DNA of 64,000 nt, taken from contig JAZRUV010000008.1 in the NCBI GenBank assembly GCA_045652705.1, forward strand, positions 24,620 through 88,619. The letters are read 5' to 3'. Below the pieces are notes generated by a model. The model saw nothing but the letters and a program-made list of their open reading frames with translations. It was not told where the DNA came from and made no database searches. The DNA comes from Clostridia bacterium. Lineage in GTDB: Bacteria; Bacillota; Clostridia; TANB77; CAG-465. The position numbers and the translations under genes were made by a program. This document shows positions 52,526-60,540 of the stretch, one piece after another (the stretch's first letter is position 1; every line of letters starts with the position of its first letter).

Positions 52526-54418
52526 TTGTCACTATCATTAATATTGAACTTAATATTAACTTTTGTCATATTAGCAATTGTTGTTGCTGGAATATATTAT
52601 GCCGCAACAAGCAAGAAAGACACAGATTCGGTTGATGAAGTTGAGCGTGAAAGACAACGTTATAGTATCAAAGGAATGACCGAATTTATAAAACATGAAT
52701 TTGATGAAATAACAAGAATGAATTTGTATGATCTTGCTCTTTCTGAAGATGAATTTGAAAGAAGAAAGAATACAAAATATGATTTAAAGAAAGCATTAAA
52801 AGGCGCTGGCTATGCTTCAGCAAACGACAAAAAGTATGTAAAAACTTTAATGTTCGACCTTTTAAGAAACCAATATAAAGTAACAGATAGAAACTTAAAT
52901 TATGCTATACCTTTTGATAATAAAGATAAAATGACAGCACAAGATAAGTTTGATATCTTACTTCACATGTATAAGAAAAAATACAAATCAAATGCTTTAA
53001 ATCAAATAATATCTAAATATAGATTAGATGAACCCAAGTTTGAATTTGACTCAGCGGTTCCTTCGTATGTTATAACACCTCAAGAAATTGAGCATATATA
53101 TGAAGAAGAACTAGCAGGAACAATTATAGATTTTGATGATAAACTAGAAATAGTAGTTCAAAGAATATATCAAGGATATAAAGGATTTAGTGTTATAGAT
53201 GATATACGTGACCAAAACATAGATGGTGTTTCAGGAGGAGTATCAGGTATACCACCGAGCTTCTTAGACCAAGTTGGTGATATGGAAGATTACCTTGACC
53301 AAACAGGAAAACTTAACATACCAATGTCTTATGACTCAATATGGATTTTCTATAAAGGTAAATCGATGTACTTATCTTTCCTATCATTTGGTAGTGAAGC
53401 GGAGCTAAGAAGAGTTTGTCAAAACATATACAAATTTAATAATCCTGGACAATTGTCTGAATCTGTTGGTTACAAAATCAACGAAATGAAAGATGGTTCC
53501 AGAATAGTTGTATTAAGACCAAACTTTGCAGAATCGTGGGCGTTCTTCGTAAGAAAATTTGCACCACCAACATTGATAGATACAGAACAATTATTAGTAC
53601 ATAAAAATAAAGAGCCAGTAATAGAGCTATTAAAATATTTAATAAGAGGAGCTCGTGTTACAGCAATAACAGGTGAACAAGGTTGCGGTAAAACTACACT
53701 TCTTATGGCTATAATGAAATATCTTTATCCAACAATAACGATGCGTGTTCAAGAAACTGCATTCGAACTTCACTTAAGAAAAATTTATCCTAGAAACAAC
53801 ATCTTGTCTTTAAGAGAAACCGATACAATAACAGGTCAAGAAGGTCTTGACGTTCAGAAAAAGACAGATGGTGGTGTTAACATCCTAGGAGAGGTTGCAA
53901 CTGATCCGGTTGCAGCTTGGATGATACAAATGGCGCAGGTTGCATCTAAATTTACATTATTTACACACCACGCAAAAACATTCCCTAACCTAATAACTGC
54001 ATTAAGAAACTCACTTTTAAAAATAGGTATGTTCAATAACGAAGATGTTGCAGAAGTACAGGTTGTAAATGTTATAAACTTTGACGTTCACCTAAAAAGA
54101 GGTGTTGACGGAACAAGATATATAGAAAGAATAACTGAATGTGTTCCAAAAGAGAAAGCATTTAAATACCATGAGGGATATAAAACAGCTAAAAGTATGG
54201 AACACAAATGGGAAGCTTTTATGGATAATGCTACCGAATATTTTAGACACATGACTCAAACTTCAAACTATGATTATCATAATATAGTAGAGTTTAAAGA
54301 CGGTGAATATGTATTTGTACATCAACTTTCCGAAGCTAACGTACAAGCTATGCGTGAAAACATGTCTGATGAAGATATCAAAGCTTTTGATAAATTCTTA
54401 GACACGGCTTGGGGGTGA
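52526..54418 (+). CDS. CpaF/TadA-type type IV filament ATPase with N-terminal TM anchor
   Basis: Walker A ITGEQGCGKTTLL. The Walker B/His-box region VNILGEVATDPVAAWMIQMAQVASKFTLFTHHAKT parallels IVGEVRG.EA..ML.AM.TGH.GS..T.HA. Residues 3-27 (LSLILNLILTFVILAIVVAGIYYAA) are hydrophobic. Confidence 0.8.
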   Translation: MSLSLILNLILTFVILAIVVAGIYYAATSKKDTDSVDEVERERQRYSIKGMTEFIKHEFDEITRMNLYDLALSEDEFERRKNTKYDLKKALKGAGYASANDKKYVKTLMFDLLRNQYKVTDRNLNYAIPFDNKDKMTAQDKFDILLHMYKKKYKSNALNQIISKYRLDEPKFEFDSAVPSYVITPQEIEHIYEEELAGTIIDFDDKLEIVVQRIYQGYKGFSVIDDIRDQNIDGVSGGVSGIPPSFLDQVGDMEDYLDQTGKLNIPMSYDSIWIFYKGKSMYLSFLSFGSEAELRRVCQNIYKFNNPGQLSESVGYKINEMKDGSRIVVLRPNFAESWAFFVRKFAPPTLIDTEQLLVHKNKEPVIELLKYLIRGARVTAITGEQGCGKTTLLMAIMKYLYPTITMRVQETAFELHLRKIYPRNNILSLRETDTITGQEGLDVQKKTDGGVNILGEVATDPVAAWMIQMAQVASKFTLFTHHAKTFPNLITALRNSLLKIGMFNNEDVAEVQVVNVINFDVHLKRGVDGTRYIERITECVPKEKAFKYHEGYKTAKSMEHKWEAFMDNATEYFRHMTQTSNYDYHNIVEFKDGEYVFVHQLSEANVQAMRENMSDEDIKAFDKFLDTAWG

Positions 54419-54424
54419 GTATAG

Positions 54425-56494
54425 GTGGCAAGTAATATATGGTATATAGTTGGTGGAATGGTAGGATTTGCTTTTATAGGATTACTTGCTGTTATAATAT
54501 ACTACCAAGCTACCAAGAAAAAATATGCGGGTAATAAAAAGCTTTATCAAAAAGATCAAATAGTTGTAAAAAATAAAACAAGTATTAGAGATATTTTTGA
54601 TAGAATTTATCAAGTAGCATATTTAGCGCTTGTAAAAATCCCAATAATAAAACATTATACTAAAAAGACAAGACTTAAACTGGAAATGGTAAATGATTAT
54701 ACAGAGTATGAAATAAGAAAGAAAACAGGTTCAATAATGTTAGGCTCACTCTTATTTATATTTGCCGCGTTATTTGTTTTCTTGAATGTAGTTTCAGATT
54801 TATATATGGCAGCAGTAGTAACTCTGATGGTATTTGTAATAAATGATGTAATGATTAACTCAAGGGTTAATAAGGTTGCAGATAAAATAATGAGACAATT
54901 ACCAGAAGTGTTTACTGAAATAAGACACTCATTCCATGAACATGGTATGATAGAAGAAGCATTCAACGATGCTATTGAGGAACTTGAAGATAAAGAGATA
55001 ATGCCTCAAATAAGAAAAATACGTGATGCAATACTATCAGATAATCCTGAAGTTCAACTTGAAAAATACTATGACACAGCACCAAATAAATTCTTAAAAT
55101 TATTTGCAGGTGTATCTTATCTTACAATGGAACTTGGAGATAGAGAGGTAAATGGAGTGTCGGTATACTTGAAAAACTTAAACAATATATTAAATGATGT
55201 TTACCTTGAAATTCTAAAAAAAGATAAAATAAACTATATGTTTAGAAGCTTAACGGGAATAGCAATAGCACCAATATTCTTCATACAAATAGTAGAAAAT
55301 TGGGCTATATCTAACTTCCCAGCACTTATAAACTTCTATTCAAGTAGTTTTGGATTTATAGTACAAGCAGTACTCATGATATCAATATTCTTGGCATACT
55401 TCTTGCTTAAAGTAATAAGAGAAGATGCAAATGAGATTAAATTTGATAGAATAGTTACTCAAAAGTGGCAAGATAAGGCGTATAAAATACCTTTAGTTAA
55501 ATTTTTAGTAAATGGATTTATGCCAAGAGAACACACTAAAAAATACCAAATGCTTTCTGATAGGATAAAATCTACAAACTCATTCTTAACAATGCCATGG
55601 TTTTATATAAACAAGTTTATGTATGCAATAGTAGCATTTGTAGCGATGTTTGTTCTACTTATAAACATACATCTAATAGATTTAAATAGTATATATAACG
55701 ATATTAGTGAAGAGTTTATAGGGCTTGGAACGTTGTCTGCAGAAGATCAAAAAGCAGCAGAAGCAATGAATGCCAAGGATAAAGAGATTGTAGACAAATT
55801 GAAAGGTGAGCAAAAGGTAACTAAGGAAGATGTAAAAGCAGAATTAGAAAAACAACAAGGCGGTAAAGTTACAGATACGGACGTAGACAGAGTATTTGAA
55901 AAGATAGAAGGAGTTAAAAACAACTTCTTCAAATTTTGGGAAGTAATTATAGCACTTCTTGCAGCTTGGATAGCATACTTTATTCCAAATATAACGTTAT
56001 TTATTAAAAATAAAATAAGGGCTTTGGAAAAAGAAGATGAAGTAATGCAATTCCAGTCAATAATCTTAATGCTTATGTATATAGAGCGTATAGATGTACA
56101 GACAATACTAGAATGGCTTGAAAGATATTCTTATGCATACAAAGAGCCAATAGCAACAGCATTAAACAACTATGAAGCGGGAGCTTTAGAAGCTTTAGAA
56201 GATTTAAAAGATGCTGTACCACAAAAAGATTTTAAGCGTATAGTAGAAGCATTAATATCTGCCGTTGAAAGAATTCCTATTAAGGACGCTTTCGATGAGC
56301 TAGAAACAGAAAGAAGTTTCCAATACGAAAGAAGGAAAGATACCAATGAAAGAATCATACAAAAGAAAACATCTCTTGGAAAAACAATTGGATTTGCTCC
56401 TTTGATAATATTGGTAGCTGGATATTTTGTAGGACCATTGTTACTTGTAAGTATAATGCAACTTATGACTTACTTCAGTACAATGCAATTCTAA
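54425..56494 (+). CDS. polytopic platform protein, apparent TadB-TadC (double T2SSF-like) fusion
   Basis: 689 aa. Two cytoplasmic helical modules (about aa 150-260 and 530-640) are each flanked by TM helices, as in T2SSF domains. GTG start after GGGGGTGA. Confidence 0.55.
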   Translation: MASNIWYIVGGMVGFAFIGLLAVIIYYQATKKKYAGNKKLYQKDQIVVKNKTSIRDIFDRIYQVAYLALVKIPIIKHYTKKTRLKLEMVNDYTEYEIRKKTGSIMLGSLLFIFAALFVFLNVVSDLYMAAVVTLMVFVINDVMINSRVNKVADKIMRQLPEVFTEIRHSFHEHGMIEEAFNDAIEELEDKEIMPQIRKIRDAILSDNPEVQLEKYYDTAPNKFLKLFAGVSYLTMELGDREVNGVSVYLKNLNNILNDVYLEILKKDKINYMFRSLTGIAIAPIFFIQIVENWAISNFPALINFYSSSFGFIVQAVLMISIFLAYFLLKVIREDANEIKFDRIVTQKWQDKAYKIPLVKFLVNGFMPREHTKKYQMLSDRIKSTNSFLTMPWFYINKFMYAIVAFVAMFVLLINIHLIDLNSIYNDISEEFIGLGTLSAEDQKAAEAMNAKDKEIVDKLKGEQKVTKEDVKAELEKQQGGKVTDTDVDRVFEKIEGVKNNFFKFWEVIIALLAAWIAYFIPNITLFIKNKIRALEKEDEVMQFQSIILMLMYIERIDVQTILEWLERYSYAYKEPIATALNNYEAGALEALEDLKDAVPQKDFKRIVEALISAVERIPIKDAFDELETERSFQYERRKDTNERIIQKKTSLGKTIGFAPLIILVAGYFVGPLLLVSIMQLMTYFSTMQF

Positions 56495-56597
56495 ACAAGG
56501 TTAAAACGCATTAGGCGTTTAACATATATAATGGTTATATCACGTAAAGTGAATAACAATATATTATAATATATTATCTATAAAGGAGGTTAAAAAT

Positions 56598-57149
56598 ATG
56601 GATAATGCACAAAAAGCGATTATGATTGGTGTTGGACTTTTCATTACAATCATAATCATATCTGCAGTACTATTAATAACAAACCTAGGTACTGGTTTAA
56701 TAAGTAATGCTCAAGGACAATTGTCTAACATATCTAAATCATTACAAAACCAAGTAACAGCAGCATACGATGGAAAAACTATGACAGGTGCTGATGTTAT
56801 AGCAGCAGTTCAACAATATGAAAATTCTGAAATGTCTGTAACTATAAATAATGGTTCGCAAGATTACTATTCTGGAAAATATAAAGTACCTACAACAAGC
56901 CTTAGAGTAGAAAAAGAATTAGCTGCTGGCGTAACAGACGGTACAGCTATAGGAAGAGCAAGTTCACATCCAGGTGGCGTATATTTTGCTGGAACATTAA
57001 GCGAATTACAATCTTCCGACAAAACTAATGTTACTCAATTACAAGCAACAACTGGTGGTGGAGTAAGTGCTGTAAAAACATACTATAGCTCTATTGTAAA
57101 AGATGCAACAACAGATACAGTTATAGGAATTGTATTTATGCAAAAATAA
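56598..57149 (+). CDS. pilin-like protein P1 (183 aa), candidate major subunit
   Basis: N-terminus MDNAQKA-IMIGVGLFITIIIISAVLLI. Strong AAAGGAGG RBS. Its own terminator lies downstream. Confidence 0.6.
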   Translation: MDNAQKAIMIGVGLFITIIIISAVLLITNLGTGLISNAQGQLSNISKSLQNQVTAAYDGKTMTGADVIAAVQQYENSEMSVTINNGSQDYYSGKYKVPTTSLRVEKELAAGVTDGTAIGRASSHPGGVYFAGTLSELQSSDKTNVTQLQATTGGGVSAVKTYYSSIVKDATTDTVIGIVFMQK

Positions 57150-57167
57150 TTTAAAAGTCCAAAACTT

Positions 57168-57199
57168 AAAAGGCATATAATTATGTTGTATGCCTTTTT
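57168..57199 (+). terminator. terminator after P1
   Basis: 8-bp stem aaggcata/tatgcctt, 11-nt loop, T5. Confidence 0.65.
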
Positions 57200-57331
57200 A
57201 AGTCTATTTTAAGATATGTTAAATTTTAGTTAAAAATTACTAATTATTTATATTAAATTAACAAATAAAAGAAGATTTTTGGGATTAGTTATAATCTTTT
57301 TCTACTTGTTAATTTATGAAAGGAGAAAGCT

Positions 57332-57778
57332 ATGGAAGACTTTAGTATTAGGGCGATAGTTATTGGTGTGTCGTTATTTGTAACAATGCTTACACTTACA
57401 GCTATTTTAATGTATTTTAATACCGCTAGAAGTATTGCAGATGAAGTTAATAAAAGAACAGATATAGCTAGCTCTTATGATTATATTATGAATGCTGATG
57501 TTGTTGATGATGAACTTACTGGGGTAGAAGTACGTTCTCTAATACATAAATATGCATCAAGTGACAGAGTAACAATCAATATAACTATAGTTAATAATGG
57601 CGTAAAAAAAGAATATAGAGATATAAATAATTCTTGGCTAAAAAAAATAAATGACAACGCATATTTAATAAGTGAAGTAGAGCTGGATAAGATAAATACA
57701 GCCTCAAAATACAATGTGAATAAAGTGGAAAACCAAGGCAGAACAATCCTAAATATCAATTCAATTGTGGAAGATTAA
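57332..57778 (+). CDS. pilin-like protein P2 (148 aa)
   Basis: N-terminus MEDFSIRA-IVIGVSLFVTMLTLTAILMYF, sharing the motif seen in P1, P4 and P5. Confidence 0.6.
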   Translation: MEDFSIRAIVIGVSLFVTMLTLTAILMYFNTARSIADEVNKRTDIASSYDYIMNADVVDDELTGVEVRSLIHKYASSDRVTINITIVNNGVKKEYRDINNSWLKKINDNAYLISEVELDKINTASKYNVNKVENQGRTILNINSIVED

Positions 57779-57790
57779 GGTGAGAAACAA

Positions 57791-59614
57791 ATGGAAGACA
57801 ATATACAAACAATTATTGTAGTTATAATATCTGCATTTCTTCTTTTTATATTTCCTGTATATATGGCTTATGAAAAGAAGGATGATATTTCTTACGCTCT
57901 TGCAATGAGATATACTCAAGACTTAGTAGATGAAGTAAGAAGTAAGGGTTATTTAACTAAAAATATGTATGAAGATTATAGGGCAAAGCTAAAGCTTACA
58001 GGTAATACCTATGATATCCAAATGACACACGAATATAACAGATATGACCCTATAACCAATTATTATAAAGTAGAAAATGAACAATATGTACTTGTAAAGA
58101 CAACCACTCACGAGGATAGAAAAATATATGAACATTCAGTATTAGAGGAAGGAATAGAATTAGGAAAGATTAACGAACAGTCCTCAGAAAAAGAGAAACA
58201 ACGTTATTTAGAAAGTGTATATAAACAAAATGGTATAGATAAGGTGGAAGAAACATATCAACTGTCTAAAGAGGTATATACATCAAATCACATAGTAAAT
58301 GTTTTAAACAGTGAAAGAAAATTACAACTTAATTCAACTTCAGATAATGTTAAGTGTAGTGATGTTTATGATGCAGATGATGGTTGTCAATATGCATACA
58401 TTATGAATGTTGACGACAACTTTAATATAACAATAAAAAATACAAATATAACTTTAGCAACAGTAATATACAATATGGTTACAGCAAATACTTTGGATGA
58501 TAACACGAGAATATATGTAAATTATGGTGGAGCAATTCTTGCAAATAAATGGTATGCAAATGTAGATTATGCTAAAATGAAACATGACAGTTTAAGTTTA
58601 AATAAGTTTACAGAAAAGATAATATTTACTCCAGAAAGACATTTTTACATTACAGTAGAAGGGGGGATTTATCCAACAACAAATAAAGCTGAGGATAATT
58701 CTCCAATAATAAATAGTTGTGATGGGCCATATGTATTAGACTTTGATGTAAAACCTCAAGAGGTAACAGAACTTAAAGAAAAGGGCGCAATTAGAACAGC
58801 GGATTATTCTAGATATAACTTTGCTATAGGAAATGATAAACAATATAACAATGAAAGTATGATGTCAGTAAGTGTTGGAATAAATGGTATTTCTTTAATA
58901 GTAAATGAAACAAAAAATTATAGGGTAAACACATCAAGTTTAGTAAATTTACCATCATATCAAAAGAAAATAGAAAAAACTCGTGTTGTCCAAGAAGAAT
59001 ATGTGTATATAGATGAACAAACGGGAGAAGAAAAAATAGGCTTAAGGGATAAGGTAGAAACATATTTTGAATATATTACAGAGCAAAGAAAAATAACGGA
59101 TTATTCTAAATTGGTATTAAATTATGTTTCAAAAGGAAAGATAAAAGTTACTCTTAGTGGAAAAAGTGGTGTGCCAGCTTTTGAAGAAAATATATTGGTT
59201 ATAGATGATAATAATTTGTTACAAGGGCTAAACAATATAGTAATACAAAATCCAATAGTTAATACATATACAGGAAATATAGGACAAGCAAGTAATAAAA
59301 GAGGAACTAACGTAAATTATAGTATAAATGTAACAGACACTACAATAGGAATTACTGCTGGAAAATATGTTTCGGAAGAACTTACAATTCTTTCATATCC
59401 ATTTACTATTAATGACTATGTAAATGTTAGAATAGAATTGGAACAAAATAAAAACAAAAATTATCAAGCAATACTTTTTGTTGATGATGAAAAAGTGGAT
59501 GAGAGTATTGAAATGGAAACACTTCCAAAGATTAGTGTAATAGGAAAAACATTTATAGGAAATGAAGAAAGATTTTTTGATGGGTATTTAAGAAACATAA
59601 AAATGTATAACTAA
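57791..59614 (+). CDS. large pilin-like protein P3 (607 aa) with LamG/concanavalin-like C-terminal signature
   Basis: N-terminus MEDNIQTIIVVIISAFLLFIFPVYMAY, paralogous to the N-terminus of P6. The C-terminal FIGNEERFFDGYLRNIKMYN resembles the terminal strand of LamG-type lectin folds. Confidence 0.6.
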   Translation: MEDNIQTIIVVIISAFLLFIFPVYMAYEKKDDISYALAMRYTQDLVDEVRSKGYLTKNMYEDYRAKLKLTGNTYDIQMTHEYNRYDPITNYYKVENEQYVLVKTTTHEDRKIYEHSVLEEGIELGKINEQSSEKEKQRYLESVYKQNGIDKVEETYQLSKEVYTSNHIVNVLNSERKLQLNSTSDNVKCSDVYDADDGCQYAYIMNVDDNFNITIKNTNITLATVIYNMVTANTLDDNTRIYVNYGGAILANKWYANVDYAKMKHDSLSLNKFTEKIIFTPERHFYITVEGGIYPTTNKAEDNSPIINSCDGPYVLDFDVKPQEVTELKEKGAIRTADYSRYNFAIGNDKQYNNESMMSVSVGINGISLIVNETKNYRVNTSSLVNLPSYQKKIEKTRVVQEEYVYIDEQTGEEKIGLRDKVETYFEYITEQRKITDYSKLVLNYVSKGKIKVTLSGKSGVPAFEENILVIDDNNLLQGLNNIVIQNPIVNTYTGNIGQASNKRGTNVNYSINVTDTTIGITAGKYVSEELTILSYPFTINDYVNVRIELEQNKNKNYQAILFVDDEKVDESIEMETLPKISVIGKTFIGNEERFFDGYLRNIKMYN

Positions 59615-59626
59615 GGTGGTGATTTT

Positions 59627-60067
59627 GTGGATGATATTACAACGAGGACAATTGTTATAGCAGTAAATATATTTATAACTATAACAATAGTGTCATTAGT
59701 AATTATAATGTTTTTTCAAATGCAAGAAATATATGGAATAGTCGCAACAACGGACACGTCAATATATAATAAATTTGACGATATATATTCTATGTATCAT
59801 GGAAAAGCTGAAACTGGTGTAGGCCTCTTAAATACACTTAAGAGATACGAGGAGCAACCAGACGATCAAGTTATAATAACTTATGACAATTACCAAGAAA
59901 TAAGAAGCAAATTAGGAGAAAATGAAAGAGAAGTAGTTAAAATTAAAGAATTAATGACAGAAGGAAAAGACTATAATTTTGAAGATAAATACAGTGTCAC
60001 CGTATCTGATGGTGAGGATGGGACTGTAATAATAGATTTTAATAGAACAGTGCAAGTTAAAAAATAG
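59627..60067 (+). CDS. pilin-like protein P4 (146 aa)
   Basis: GTG start after AAGGTGGTGA. N-terminus MDDITTRT-IVIAVNIFITITIVSLVIIMFF. Confidence 0.6.
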   Translation: MDDITTRTIVIAVNIFITITIVSLVIIMFFQMQEIYGIVATTDTSIYNKFDDIYSMYHGKAETGVGLLNTLKRYEEQPDDQVIITYDNYQEIRSKLGENEREVVKIKELMTEGKDYNFEDKYSVTVSDGEDGTVIIDFNRTVQVKK

Positions 60068-60088
60068 GTTTGAAAGGAGTATAAGCAT

Positions 60089-60523
60089 ATGGAGCAATCA
60101 GCATTTGAAGCTGTAATGACAGGTGTAAATGTATTTGTGTTTATTGTTGCACTTTCAGCGGCAATATTATTAATGTCAAATGTAATTGACATGGTTAATT
60201 TTGCAAATGAGAGAGCTATAACTGGTATGAATGGTACTATTGCTGAAAATGTAGGCGTAGTAAATGATAGAATTTATACTGGGGCTCAAATGCTTACATA
60301 TTATAAAAATCAAATGCAGAGACTTGAATCAGAAAGACAACCACTTGACTATGAATTTAATGTCCGATTAACTGAATTGGGAGATGAATATCCACTTGCA
60401 AGTTATGTACAAACAGAGAGTTTAGAAAACTATATAAACGAGGAGTTTATACTAGAGTACAAAGGTGAAATACAAGGTAAAAAAGTATATATATTTGCCT
60501 TAAGACAAGAAAGCGAAGTATAG
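60089..60523 (+). CDS. pilin-like protein P5 (144 aa)
   Basis: N-terminus MEQSAFEA-VMTGVNVFVFIVALSAAILLM. Confidence 0.6.
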   Translation: MEQSAFEAVMTGVNVFVFIVALSAAILLMSNVIDMVNFANERAITGMNGTIAENVGVVNDRIYTGAQMLTYYKNQMQRLESERQPLDYEFNVRLTELGDEYPLASYVQTESLENYINEEFILEYKGEIQGKKVYIFALRQESEV

Positions 60524-60540
60524 AAAGGTAGAGTAAATGA

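Noticed and set aside
49849-60540. Search for a small Flp-type pilin ORF (about 50-80 aa with G/xxxxEY) or a TadE-type motif within or between the Tad-like genes.
   Set aside because: The intergenic gaps are too short apart from those flanking P1, and none of the small ORFs carries a G-xxxx-E-Y motif or a Glu at +5. I therefore report this as an absence, not as a feature.
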